IMG/VR virus record: IMGVR_UViG_3300042301_004094
Coordinates: 1-64,000 of that record
From: an uncultured virus (IMG/VR IMGVR_UViG_3300042301_004094)
Lineage: Duplodnaviria > Heunggongvirae > Uroviricota > Caudoviricetes
Reading direction: 5' to 3' (one strand)
DNA length: 64,000 nt
The notes below the pieces were generated by a model that was not told where the DNA came from, searched no databases, and was given only the letters and a program-made list of their open reading frames with translations. The translations under genes were made by a program, and so were the position numbers. Below are positions 37,356 to 47,290 of this stretch, in pieces; positions within the stretch are counted from its first letter, which is position 1, and each line of letters begins with the position of its first letter.

Positions 37356-37624
37356 TAGTATTGTCTTGTATTTTGTAATACGTCATTCTTCAATTTATCC
37401 ATACGACTTGTAAAATGGCTATATTGAGATTTGATTTGTTTATCTAAATTATCATTAATTGCTCTTTGAAGATTTTCTGATCGTTCAAATAGGGAATTAG
37501 TGTCATAGATTTGTTGACCTAAATCATTTATTTGGTCTTGGAGTTTATCCATTCTTTTAGTGCTATAGTATACTGTAACTGCATTGGCAATTGCTACTAT
37601 AAGTAATGCTATTGATGTTATCAT
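37355..37624 (-). CDS. membrane-anchored coiled-coil protein
   Basis: TM segment then heptads. Confidence 0.55.
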   Translation of the reverse strand: MITSIALLIVAIANAVTVYYSTKRMDKLQDQINDLGQQIYDTNSLFERSENLQRAINDNLDKQIKSQYSHFTSRMDKLKNDVLQNTRQY

Positions 37625-37627
37625 AAT

Positions 37628-37909
37628 TTAAAATTTAATAATTCGTCCACCTTCTTCTTCAGGTTTAGTAGTGGGTTGTGATTGTGGTTGCTGTCTCATT
37701 TGTATTGGTAAGAATTCTTCATTCACACTTCCACAACTCATACAGGCAAACACTTGAATAGGAATCAAAGCATCTTGTGCTGTTCCTGTTAATAATCGAG
37801 ATGCTTTTCTAAGCAATACTCCTTCTTGGAAAACTTGACTACCACACTTATCGCAAGATACTGGTGATGTCTTGTCTAAACCAATGTTTAGGTTCATTTG
37901 TTGATCCAT
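37628..37909 (-). CDS. zinc-ribbon protein
   Basis: CDKCG...CMSCG. Confidence 0.65.
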   Translation of the reverse strand: MDQQMNLNIGLDKTSPVSCDKCGSQVFQEGVLLRKASRLLTGTAQDALIPIQVFACMSCGSVNEEFLPIQMRQQPQSQPTTKPEEEGGRIIKF

Positions 37910-38829
37910 TATAATACTTGTTTTTTGATTGTTTCTAATACTTTAGCTATACAAGCAGCAAAGTTAATTTCTTTATCAGGCACTACACCTGCTCTCCAGA
38001 TAAAATCATCTAATATAACTGATAGTTGAGCATCATTTCCATAACTAAATTCAGCTAAATGCTCAAACATATAACGATAAGCGGTTTGAAAATCGTCTAC
38101 TTGAGCGTCAGCTACAAGTTGGCGTACTTGATACCAAGCGTTTTTCTCGCGTTTAGATAGTATTTGAACCAATTGTTTAGTCCAGTTATCATCTAAAGCA
38201 GTAACAACTAATTTACTTTCCTTAATATTAGATTGTAATACTTTGATTACAGAACGAATATCAGGATAAAATTCATTAATGACTTTAGCTACATCAACCA
38301 TTTCATATGTAATACCTTCAACATCTAAAATATTGATGCAGATATGTTTTGCAACAGCACCTTTAGTTGGTGGTTTAAGCATATGTAACTCACAACGTGA
38401 TTGAAGTGGTTCAATTAAGCGCTCAACATAATTACAAGTCAATATAAAGCGAGTATATGCTGAATATTCTTCAATTAGGTTACGTAATGCTGCTTGAGCG
38501 GGCTGTGTTAGGAAATCTGCTTCATCCAATATTACAACCTTAATAGGTTGAAATGATGCTGTTGAGGCAAATCCTTTTACTTTATCTCTAATTGTATCAA
38601 TTCCATTCTCATCGCTAGCGTTGAGGTAAAGATAGTCGCATTGAATGTTTCCCACAATTAGTTTAGCTAATGTAGTTTTACCTGTACCTGCGCTGCCAGC
38701 GAATATGAAATGGGGTATATCATTCTTAGCAATACAATCAGCAATACGATCTTTAACAACATCGTTACCAATGTATTGTTCTAAGGTTTGTGATCTGTAT
38801 TTTTCTATCCAGAGTGTGTGTTGTTTCAT
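37909..38829 (-). CDS. clamp loader AAA+ subunit (T4 gp44/RFC small)
   Basis: WIEKYR, GSAGTGKT, NASDE, DEAD, SRC motifs. Confidence 0.95.
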   Translation of the reverse strand: MKQHTLWIEKYRSQTLEQYIGNDVVKDRIADCIAKNDIPHFIFAGSAGTGKTTLAKLIVGNIQCDYLYLNASDENGIDTIRDKVKGFASTASFQPIKVVILDEADFLTQPAQAALRNLIEEYSAYTRFILTCNYVERLIEPLQSRCELHMLKPPTKGAVAKHICINILDVEGITYEMVDVAKVINEFYPDIRSVIKVLQSNIKESKLVVTALDDNWTKQLVQILSKREKNAWYQVRQLVADAQVDDFQTAYRYMFEHLAEFSYGNDAQLSVILDDFIWRAGVVPDKEINFAACIAKVLETIKKQVL

Positions 38830-39191
38830 AACTGATTTTGATGTTTAATTACATTGTTAATGTATGCTTCTATATTTGCCTTACCAACAGGATTTGCAGA
38901 ATGACAATTCCATTTTGGGTAAGGAGTATCGGTTAACAGACAATGTCGTCCTAACCATATTGCAGCGTCATAACCACTTTTAGTTTCCTTCTTTTGCTCT
39001 CTTGCTTTACGTTTAGACATTCCTGCCTCTACTTTTTCTTTAGCAACATCTTCTCCCAAATCATGGTCGAATGATACTTCATCAGGAACACCATTTAATC
39101 TAATCCATGCTACGAAATCATCGTAGTTACGAACGATAACCCACCCCTCTGTTTGAGGGGTGCGGATATCGTCTAAGTATAACTTTTTCAT
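38826..39191 (-). CDS. cyclic-phosphate processing receiver-like domain protein
   Basis: LYLDDIR, SFDHDLG, GYD, HSANPVG motifs. Confidence 0.75.
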   Translation of the reverse strand: MKKLYLDDIRTPQTEGWVIVRNYDDFVAWIRLNGVPDEVSFDHDLGEDVAKEKVEAGMSKRKAREQKKETKSGYDAAIWLGRHCLLTDTPYPKWNCHSANPVGKANIEAYINNVIKHQNQL

Positions 39192-39200
39192 GTATTAAAT

Positions 39201-40826
39201 TTACATACCAAATCCTGCCATACCACCCATGTCATCCTTCTTTTCATTAGGTTTTTCATGAACAACACATTCAGTCATTAGTAATGTAACAGCAGCTGAT
39301 GCTGCATTTTCTAGGGCGCAACGTACTACCTTAGTTGGATCAATGATACCTAATTCAAACGCGTCTACTACTGTATTATTTGTTAAATCTGGTACAGATG
39401 ATGAATCAGAATTTATAATTTTTATCCACCATTCAGTAGCATCTTCACCAGCATTTTTTAGAATTTGTTTAAATGGAGCCGCACAAGCTTGAAATACAAT
39501 TTCAGCACCTTTAGCTATGTCTTCTTTTTTATCTAAATCAGCTAATAATGTTTTTCTAGCATTTAGTAATGCTACACCTGCACCTGGTAAGATACCTTCT
39601 TCAAGAGCGGCTTTAGTTGCTTGTAAAGCATCATCAATACGATCTTTTTTCTCTTCGATCTCAATTTCATTACCACCACCAACATTGATGATAGCAACTC
39701 CACCTACCATTTTACCTAAACGCTCTTGATATTTTTCAATTTCATAAGGTGTAGTATCTGGTTTGTCCATTTGAGCTTTAATATTCAAGATACGCTCTTC
39801 AATTTTATCAACATTACCTTTACCATCAACGATTGTAGTAGTATCTTTACCAACAGTAGCAACTCTAGATTTACCTAACCAGTTAATATCTAGTTTAGCT
39901 AAAGTCATACCTTTTTCAGATGAAACTACTTGTCCACCAGTTAATGTAGCAATGTCTTCCAAAATTGCTGTTCTACGATCTCCAAATTCAGGAGCTTTAA
40001 CAGCACATACTTGTAATACACCTCTTGCTTTATTCATTACTAATGTAGCTAACGCTTCACCATCAATGTCTTCAGCAATAATTAAAAGAGATTTACTTTC
40101 AGTAGAAACACGTTCAAGTAATGGAAGTAAATCCTTAACCGCACTAATACGCTTATCATAAATTAAAATATAAGGGTCATTTAATGTAACTTGCATTGAA
40201 TTGTTATCGGTTACAAAGTAAGGTGATTTATAACCTCTATCAAATTGCAAACCTTCAACAACTTCCAATGTTGTCTCACCTGTACGAGATTTCTCTACAG
40301 TTACTACTCCATCTCTACCTACTTTATCAATAGCTGTAGCTACAATATTACCAATTTCTTCATCACCATTAGCTGATAATGTAGCAATTTGTTTAATTTG
40401 TGCTTCATCTGTAATATCCACAGACATTGCTTTCAATTCAGCAACTACTTTCTTAACAGCCTGTTCAATACCACGCTTTACCTGAGTGGCATTTGTTGAA
40501 GCATAAGATGTTGCTTGTAATGCTTGAATTGCAATTGAATGAGCTAGTACAGTAGATGTAGTTGTTCCATCCCCTGCTTGATCAACTGTCTTTGATGCTG
40601 CTTGTTTAATAACAGTTGCAGCCATGTTTTCAATTGGGTCTTCCAATGTAATTGATTTAGCTACAGTAACACCATCTTTAGTAGATGATACTTGACCATA
40701 TTCTTTTTCAATTAATACATTACGTCCGAAGGGACCCATTGTTGTTGCTACAGCTTTGTAGACCTTGTCTACACCTTCCTGTAGTTTTTCTTTTGCTTCG
40801 CGTTCGAAACTGATTATTTTACTCAT
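39201..40826 (-). CDS. groEL: chaperonin GroEL
   Basis: TMGP.GRNV, TKDGVTVA, GDGTTT, FDRGY.SPYF, GGM tail. Confidence 0.97.
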   Translation of the reverse strand: MSKIISFEREAKEKLQEGVDKVYKAVATTMGPFGRNVLIEKEYGQVSSTKDGVTVAKSITLEDPIENMAATVIKQAASKTVDQAGDGTTTSTVLAHSIAIQALQATSYASTNATQVKRGIEQAVKKVVAELKAMSVDITDEAQIKQIATLSANGDEEIGNIVATAIDKVGRDGVVTVEKSRTGETTLEVVEGLQFDRGYKSPYFVTDNNSMQVTLNDPYILIYDKRISAVKDLLPLLERVSTESKSLLIIAEDIDGEALATLVMNKARGVLQVCAVKAPEFGDRRTAILEDIATLTGGQVVSSEKGMTLAKLDINWLGKSRVATVGKDTTTIVDGKGNVDKIEERILNIKAQMDKPDTTPYEIEKYQERLGKMVGGVAIINVGGGNEIEIEEKKDRIDDALQATKAALEEGILPGAGVALLNARKTLLADLDKKEDIAKGAEIVFQACAAPFKQILKNAGEDATEWWIKIINSDSSSVPDLTNNTVVDAFELGIIDPTKVVRCALENAASAAVTLLMTECVVHEKPNEKKDDMGGMAGFGM

Positions 40827-40829
40827 AGT

Positions 40830-41120
40830 TTATTTTTCTAATACAATTAACAAATCTGATTCCTTCATAATAATGTATTCTACATCATCAACAGTAATTT
40901 TAGTACCCCCAAATGAAGGAAATACCACAACGTCCCCTACTTTAAGTGTTGTTGGAACAAAAGCCCCTGTTTCTGTATATCTACCAGGACCAATTTCTAC
41001 AATTTCACCTTGTAGTGGTTTTTCTTTACCTAGATCGGCAACAACAATGTTACCATACTTTTGTTCTTGATTTTCATCTTGTTTAATCACAACGTGATTA
41101 TGCAACGCATTTATTTTCAT
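40830..41120 (-). CDS. groES: co-chaperonin GroES
   Basis: GEIVEIGPG, LKVGD.V, ESDLL; adjacent to groEL. Confidence 0.95.
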   Translation of the reverse strand: MKINALHNHVVIKQDENQEQKYGNIVVADLGKEKPLQGEIVEIGPGRYTETGAFVPTTLKVGDVVVFPSFGGTKITVDDVEYIIMKESDLLIVLEK

Positions 41121-41145
41121 TATTATTATTTTTGTATGTAAAATG

Positions 41146-41832
41146 AAGATACTGACAGGTCTTCGGTTTTCAAAACTATTTGATGGTTACTTTCTTAGGT
41201 TTGTTTTCTTTTGCAAATGGAATTTCCAAAATTAACAATCCTTTTTCTAGTTTAGCATCCATTTTCTGTAAGTCATACTTACTTGAGATTTTAATCCCAA
41301 TATCAAAACTTGCTTTTTTAATTGTTCTTAACAAGTATCTATACTCGTTCTTTTCTGCTTCTTCTTCCTTATCTGATTTACGATAAGCCACACGTAGTGT
41401 TTCTGAATCCACAATTATGTCCAGATCTTCTTTATCTAGACCTACTGCTGCAATTTCTATCAGCAATCCATTTTCTGTTTCTTGAATATCGCAAGGAATA
41501 CTTGCTACTTTTTCCTTAATAGGACGATAACCTGCATTGCTATCGAAGAAAGACTTCCACAGCAAATCAAACTCCTCATTGAAGTTCCAAAAGTCATCGT
41601 ATGTTGGTTGAATTAATGAGTTACCACTATTGAAAAGTGTAGTGGTACCAATAGCTGGTGAATAACCAAATGTAAGGCTTGAATTTCCTCCTGTTGTGTT
41701 AATTACGGCGGATGTTGTTGTTCCTTGCAAGGTAACAGGGACATCCCCAAAGTTTGTTTTTGTCATTTTTTAAACGTTTGTGCTTCCCTAAGGTAAGCGG
41801 TTGATAAATAAATAAGACCTGTCAAGTATCTT
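41146..41832. repeat. 18/19-bp inverted repeat pair flanking hsp20
   Basis: 41146-41163 AAGATACTGACAGGTCTT versus reverse complement of 41814-41832 AAGATACTTGACAGGTCTT. Confidence 0.75.
41176..41766 (-). CDS. small heat-shock protein Hsp20
   Basis: Alpha-crystallin domain (DI.E...IEIAAVGL.KEDL, AKLEKGLL.LEIP). Confidence 0.88.
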   Translation of the reverse strand: MTKTNFGDVPVTLQGTTTSAVINTTGGNSSLTFGYSPAIGTTTLFNSGNSLIQPTYDDFWNFNEEFDLLWKSFFDSNAGYRPIKEKVASIPCDIQETENGLLIEIAAVGLDKEDLDIIVDSETLRVAYRKSDKEEEAEKNEYRYLLRTIKKASFDIGIKISSKYDLQKMDAKLEKGLLILEIPFAKENKPKKVTIK

Positions 41833-41851
41833 AAATATAAATATAGTGTTT

Positions 41852-42574
41852 TTAGATTTTTGCTAAAATTATATAAGAGGATTTCTGTCCATCTTCACTT
41901 GCAAAATCCAATTTCATTGCACCCTCATTGCTTATCCACATAGTACCTGCTGCTCCATAATTAGCATCAAATATTGATTTTAAATATTCGGCATTGAATT
42001 GCAATGGTGTATGGATAGTATGTTTTGATTCTAATGGCACTTCCTCAAATTCAATTTTATTTGAATGACCTTCGGGCTCACCTAAAGTAAAATTAATCAC
42101 ATTACCTGTGTCTTTAGTTGTTAAACCAATAGTACAAAATTCACTACCTAATGCTTTTTTAGCTTTAATCCATTTACCAATAAATTCATTTGTAATGCTA
42201 AATGAATAATCACTTTCAAATTCCTCAACTGTAAAGTTTACTTGTGGTGCTAACATCAAATTAGCAAGCGCATACTCTAAGTTGTATTCATTATCGGCTA
42301 CTAGTAATTTAGTGGCGATATTGCCTTGAAATTGTATATCCGTAGTAAGGAATTGGTTACATATACCAACAAGCTTTAGAAATTTACTTGTGTCAAATAT
42401 AACAAACTCACTATCGACTAATTCAACAGCGCCTGTTACTACTCCTACCATGTCTTTAGTAGCAGAGAATGTTTTGATAGTAGCTACACCATCTTTAACA
42501 CTCCACCTTACTTTCTCACCTACCCCATTTAGGTAGTACTTATCGATTAACGAAACGAATGATTGTTTTTCCAT
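41852..42574 (-). CDS. sliding clamp (T4 gp45/PCNA-like)
   Basis: Size 240 aa, FNAEYL, ISNEG.MKL.F; context between clamp loader and PolB. Confidence 0.7.
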   Translation of the reverse strand: MEKQSFVSLIDKYYLNGVGEKVRWSVKDGVATIKTFSATKDMVGVVTGAVELVDSEFVIFDTSKFLKLVGICNQFLTTDIQFQGNIATKLLVADNEYNLEYALANLMLAPQVNFTVEEFESDYSFSITNEFIGKWIKAKKALGSEFCTIGLTTKDTGNVINFTLGEPEGHSNKIEFEEVPLESKHTIHTPLQFNAEYLKSIFDANYGAAGTMWISNEGAMKLDFASEDGQKSSYIILAKI

Positions 42575-42575
42575 A

Positions 42576-42914
42576 TTATTTCCAAAGTATTTGAATTAAA
42601 ATTATGCAGATTCCTAGGCCCAAACAAGTAAGTGTTTTAGGAGTTAGAGGTTCATCAAACATATAATATGACATAGCAGTAAATACTACTACACCAATAC
42701 CAAACCCGATCAAACGAGATGGCCATATAGCACCATCATATGCTCCTACAAAGTTACGTACAGAATACATAAATAACAATGATATTGGTATTCCCATACA
42801 TGCTACTAAGAATGTATTGTTTTTAAACCATTCTATCTTCATTTGTCCTTGTAATTGGAGGAATGTAAGTACTTGAGCAAATAGACCAAATATAAAACCT
42901 TTTAATAATTGCAT
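42576..42914 (-). CDS. four-TM membrane protein (DMT/SMR-like)
   Basis: Four TM segments; F.EPLT.K...L.L pattern. Confidence 0.65.
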   Translation of the reverse strand: MQLLKGFIFGLFAQVLTFLQLQGQMKIEWFKNNTFLVACMGIPISLLFMYSVRNFVGAYDGAIWPSRLIGFGIGVVVFTAMSYYMFDEPLTPKTLTCLGLGICIILIQILWK

Positions 42915-42917
42915 AAC

Positions 42918-42950
42918 GTGAATATATGATTAGTATTTGGACTATCCAAA
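42918..42950 (-). promoter_or_regulatory. class-1 phage promoter
   Basis: Sense TTTGGATAGTCCAAA...CATATATTCAC. Confidence 0.55.
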
Positions 42951-45515
42951 TTTAAAGAACTTGCTTGCTTTCTCATGCATTGATGGAAAGTCCCAACCTA
43001 AATCCTCATAAATACCCACTAGTTTATTCATCAATGTTGCTTCAAATCCTTCATCTCTGTCGGCATACTGATCAATAAACTGCTCAATAAAATCAGGGTC
43101 TTTACCTGTGAAACCAATTACATCAATTCTATATGGGTTATCCTTTAATTGGATATATTTCATTTTATCACCTTCAGTAAAACATGGATATTGCTTATCT
43201 AGTTTCTTGAATCGCAATAAATCATTGTACCATATTGCTGCTTTAGTATTGATGGGACATTTTAACTTTAATGTACTAAATATTTCACCAACACCTGGTT
43301 TGCGATCAATATATGATGATACTTGTTTTACTCCTGTAGGTTTAGCTAGTTCAGCAATAGGGATTGTTTTAACGTGTTTCTTAAAGTCAATTATTTGTTG
43401 GTCGATTTCTGCTTTAGGTTTACCAAACATAATGTCTTGAATTAGTTTTTCACCAAATTTAGAATACATTGGAGTCATATTTGATTTCATCAAATCAAGA
43501 CCTTTCATATCTAATTCATCAACAGTAACACCTTCCTTATTTACAATATACATTGCATAACGACGTTTGCCTGCAAAATAACCTCTTTCAATAATCACTT
43601 CCTGTTTTAATTCAAAGTAATGTGGACGTTCTTTAACATTGAAATATTCTCTAGTTACTTTATCAATATTATCATTTGCTGCTTTTTGTATTTCGGTAGC
43701 AATCTCTAATACTGCTTTAATATATTCGTCCTTTGTTTTGGTTTCAGGATAACGTTGCAATACTAAGTCCTTACACTCAATAAACAATGAATCGGTATCA
43801 GAAGTAACTACATAATCTTTATCTGTAGTGCCTAATTCATTATTCATCCATTTATTTACAAACTTAATTGATTCTTGTGTTACACGCTGGCCAGTTAATG
43901 TAATTGCTTTAGATATTAATTTATGACCATCGGTATATCTCCAACCATTGATAGCATAACAACCATAAACGTCATTCAATTTAATTTTGTAAGCATGTTG
44001 GCGTCTATTATAAAATTCCCCTTTTACAGCATCACCTGCTTTGTATGCTGTTTTCATCAGGTTCTTATATTCAACACGTTTATTAAACCAATCAGTTAAT
44101 ACATCACATACAACTGATGAGCGATCTGTTCTGAACATAGCACCTGATGCTGCAACTAATATATCTCCATCTTCAATAAATTTAATGATTTGACCTACTG
44201 TAGCTTGAGATTGATTAGTTGTCTTATCATCTTTTAATCGCTCAATAGTAATCAATTGTTCAGGATTCATTCGTTTTAAATCACCCAATGTCCATTGATT
44301 GTCGTATTTATCATTATTAACTATTCGGCCAACGTATGTTTCAATACCAATATTTAACGAGCGTATAATTGACGGATACAACGATGTAAAGTCAAGATCA
44401 ATAACCCATTCATATAACCCAGGTACTGGGTCTTTTAGGTACCCACCTGCATATTCTTCTTTAATATCATATAATGAAGGACGAGTGGTAGTTGGTTTAT
44501 TTGGTGAAACTATACCTTGACGTTTTAGATATGTTAATATAGCTCCATCATTTAGTGCTGTAGATAGATAAATTTGTTCGTAAGGCACATGACACAAATG
44601 GCAAATAGCAATTGTTAATTCAATAAATTTAAATTTCTTTTCTAATTCAATTAGAATCTCAACGTCACGAATATTGTACTCAATAAACTTATTTATATCC
44701 TCAGCAAATAATCTATCAAGATTACCTTCATATTCTATTTTAGATAACTTAGCATACTTTTCTCCAATATCACCTAATCTGTAAGATGGTTCTTGTTTAG
44801 CATTATATTTTTTAAATAATAACATATAATCTAAATGATTAACACCTGCTAATTCTACAGGGGAATCATTCACATATTGTCCAAATTTAACCTTCTTAAG
44901 TGGAGATAAACGATTTGCTTCATTAGTACCTAATTGATTTTCTATTCTGTAATATAAGAACGGAACGTCAAAATATTCACTATTCCAACCAGTAATAATA
45001 GTTGGATCTAATTGCTCCCATAAATTAAGGAAGGCATGTAATAAATCATGCTCATGGGAGAATGGAATAACAGCTCTATTTTCTTCATTAATAGTTTGGA
45101 GTTGCTTCTTCTCATCTAAGATTAAACAGTAATACTTTTTAGTAGTATTATCATAAACAGCAATAGAGGTAATTTTAGTTGGAGCACGTTTAATAAGATC
45201 AGGTGTTAATGCACCTGCGATCTCACACTCAATATCAAAATAAACTATGTTTTGCCATTCAGGAGCATCATCACTATCTCTGTATTTATCAATTAATACT
45301 GCTGTATTAGCATCTAAATCAGATTCATATAATGAATTATCTTTCCACTCATATTTAGTAATTGGATTGGCTCGTTTACCATCTAAAGTAGGAAATTGAC
45401 CATTTGGGTCAATAATAAAACGGGGGCGAGTGTACTTAAATTCACTCCACCCCTTTTTATCATCACGTAAGTGAAATGTGTAGGTTGACCTATCGTAATA
45501 AATTGCTTGATACAT
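42942..45515 (-). CDS. polB: family B DNA polymerase with 3'-5' exonuclease
   Basis: FDIE, GWNSEYFD, YNIRD; DFTSLYPS, KIKLNDVYG, SDTDS. Confidence 0.96.
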   Translation of the reverse strand: MYQAIYYDRSTYTFHLRDDKKGWSEFKYTRPRFIIDPNGQFPTLDGKRANPITKYEWKDNSLYESDLDANTAVLIDKYRDSDDAPEWQNIVYFDIECEIAGALTPDLIKRAPTKITSIAVYDNTTKKYYCLILDEKKQLQTINEENRAVIPFSHEHDLLHAFLNLWEQLDPTIITGWNSEYFDVPFLYYRIENQLGTNEANRLSPLKKVKFGQYVNDSPVELAGVNHLDYMLLFKKYNAKQEPSYRLGDIGEKYAKLSKIEYEGNLDRLFAEDINKFIEYNIRDVEILIELEKKFKFIELTIAICHLCHVPYEQIYLSTALNDGAILTYLKRQGIVSPNKPTTTRPSLYDIKEEYAGGYLKDPVPGLYEWVIDLDFTSLYPSIIRSLNIGIETYVGRIVNNDKYDNQWTLGDLKRMNPEQLITIERLKDDKTTNQSQATVGQIIKFIEDGDILVAASGAMFRTDRSSVVCDVLTDWFNKRVEYKNLMKTAYKAGDAVKGEFYNRRQHAYKIKLNDVYGCYAINGWRYTDGHKLISKAITLTGQRVTQESIKFVNKWMNNELGTTDKDYVVTSDTDSLFIECKDLVLQRYPETKTKDEYIKAVLEIATEIQKAANDNIDKVTREYFNVKERPHYFELKQEVIIERGYFAGKRRYAMYIVNKEGVTVDELDMKGLDLMKSNMTPMYSKFGEKLIQDIMFGKPKAEIDQQIIDFKKHVKTIPIAELAKPTGVKQVSSYIDRKPGVGEIFSTLKLKCPINTKAAIWYNDLLRFKKLDKQYPCFTEGDKMKYIQLKDNPYRIDVIGFTGKDPDFIEQFIDQYADRDEGFEATLMNKLVGIYEDLGWDFPSMHEKASKFFKFG

Positions 45516-45555
45516 AACTTAAATGTAAGATGGGGGTTTTGACACCCCCAATTAC

Positions 45556-46083
45556 TTATAATGAATTTCTTTGCTTATCACCTTGCCACTGCCCATTATA
45601 TTCTTCAGCAGAGTCACATTTGTGGAAATAAATTTGTGCTACACGAGCATCTTTTTCAATGAATATGGTTTCATGAACATACAATATAGTACCCATGTTT
45701 TCAGTTTCAAATCCTGGATCAAATACAGGGCTATTAATAATTGCTCCATTACGATATAATGATGATCGTTGTTTAATGAATGCTACTCTGTTGTTTGGTA
45801 TTTTACAACCTTCATTAAATGTAATATCGTATACACCTTCATATAATAACCAACCTTCAGCGCCATCTAATTTGATAGATTCTATTGGTGTGTATGTAGT
45901 TAATTCAGTTTTGTCTTTTAGTACTTTACCAATTTTACCATCCACCATAAAATTACCACCAATTCTATTACCGATTTTCTGTACTGCTTTAAGTGATAAA
46001 TCATAACCTACTTGAGCAGGTTTACCTTTAGTGTTTTCTAACTTAAGTAGTCCTTGTTCAAGGATTTGTTCTGCGTTTAACAT
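45556..46083 (-). CDS. dCTP deaminase/dUTPase superfamily protein
   Basis: GYDL, RSSLYR.G, FDPGF, RVAQI, YNGQWQG. Confidence 0.85.
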   Translation of the reverse strand: MLNAEQILEQGLLKLENTKGKPAQVGYDLSLKAVQKIGNRIGGNFMVDGKIGKVLKDKTELTTYTPIESIKLDGAEGWLLYEGVYDITFNEGCKIPNNRVAFIKQRSSLYRNGAIINSPVFDPGFETENMGTILYVHETIFIEKDARVAQIYFHKCDSAEEYNGQWQGDKQRNSL

Positions 46084-46093
46084 AATTTATATT

Positions 46094-46255
46094 TTATAAT
46101 TCTTCAATAATACCTAACATTTCAGCAAATGCAAAAGCAAAAGCTGCTTGTTGGATGAAACTGTATCCTAAAAGAACACAAGCTCCTAATCTAATAACAC
46201 TTTTAATCATACTAAGAATAAAGTGTGTGTTTGTTTTACTTTCCTTTGGCTGCAT
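46094..46255 (-). CDS. small membrane protein
   Basis: HF..S.IKS.IR...AE.LGI.EEL; start moved to MQPKES. Confidence 0.6.
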   Translation of the reverse strand: MQPKESKTNTHFILSMIKSVIRLGACVLLGYSFIQQAAFAFAFAEMLGIIEEL

Positions 46256-46649
46256 AATCTTGAATTGGTTTTGAATCTGCTCTTTCCCATGGATATACAA
46301 TCCAATCATCTCCCACTACTTCATAATGGAAGGTTGGTTGAACAGATGCTGTTAGTTTAGTATGAATTGTTGCGAATGGAATGCCATATTTCCAATAATT
46401 GTACATTGTTGTGCCAGAATCACAAATATCATCTACTACCAACGTTGTACTACTTATCACCATCCCTGGTGTAAATAAAGGGATACTTAGTTTATGAGAT
46501 AACATTACTGTAGGGATTAATCCTCCCCTAGGCATACCATAAACATGTTCAATCTGATGATCACTGGACAATATTTGAGCTGCTATATTTTCTATAGCAG
46601 CATCAATATATTCCCAGGTAATAAATCTTTTATTAGAATTTTGCTCCAT
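46236..46649 (-). CDS. type I purine phosphoribosyltransferase (Gpt-like)
   Basis: RGGLIP, LVVDDICDSGTT PRPP loop, VYPWE. Confidence 0.88.
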   Translation of the reverse strand: MEQNSNKRFITWEYIDAAIENIAAQILSSDHQIEHVYGMPRGGLIPTVMLSHKLSIPLFTPGMVISSTTLVVDDICDSGTTMYNYWKYGIPFATIHTKLTASVQPTFHYEVVGDDWIVYPWERADSKPIQDYAAKGK

Positions 46650-47265
46650 TTACTTCAATTGCGTGTAAGAATTCTTCTCTAATTAAATTATCTTTTTCCA
46701 TAAACACACCACTAAATTTATTTGTAGTCATTACAGAACCATGTTTGATACCTCTATGTGAACAACAAGTGTGTTTACAAGCAATACTAACTGCTACTGA
46801 CCCACATTCCATCTTATCAGCAACATAATCATGGATTTGTGTTGTTAATGACTCTTGCATTTGTGGTCTACGTCCAAACCATTCAACAATACGATTTAAT
46901 TTACTTAAACCAATAACGTTTTCAGCAGGTACATAAGCTACTGTAGCATAACCTGTAAATGCTAAATTATGGTGAGCACACATACTAACAATAGGAATAC
47001 CTGATTGAATTACTAATCCATCATATCCTTCATCATTAGGGAATACTGTAATGTTTGGTTCATCAGTAACAGAACCTACAATCAAATCCTTTAACCATGC
47101 TTTAGCAACACGACGAGGTGTATCTACTGTTTGACGATCAGCCTTATAATCAAACCCAACTGCTGTAAGGAACTGGGCATATGCTTCAGAAGCATTTTCG
47201 ATCATTTGCTCAATTTCTTCTGGTGTGCGAGCTAGATTACCATTTGATTTTTCTAATAACTTCAT
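46633..47265 (-). CDS. folE: GTP cyclohydrolase I
   Basis: TPRRVA, SMCAHH, GLSKLNRIV, RPQMQE, HTC...RG. Confidence 0.95.
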   Translation of the reverse strand: MKLLEKSNGNLARTPEEIEQMIENASEAYAQFLTAVGFDYKADRQTVDTPRRVAKAWLKDLIVGSVTDEPNITVFPNDEGYDGLVIQSGIPIVSMCAHHNLAFTGYATVAYVPAENVIGLSKLNRIVEWFGRRPQMQESLTTQIHDYVADKMECGSVAVSIACKHTCCSHRGIKHGSVMTTNKFSGVFMEKDNLIREEFLHAIEVNGAKF

Positions 47266-47290
47266 ATTTTTATTTTTATTTTGAATATAA

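Noticed and set aside
39201..41120. Bacterial chromosome origin suggested by groESL, tmRNA and que genes
   Set aside because: T4-like replisome, single-strand gene packing and many tiny orphan ORFs indicate a phage
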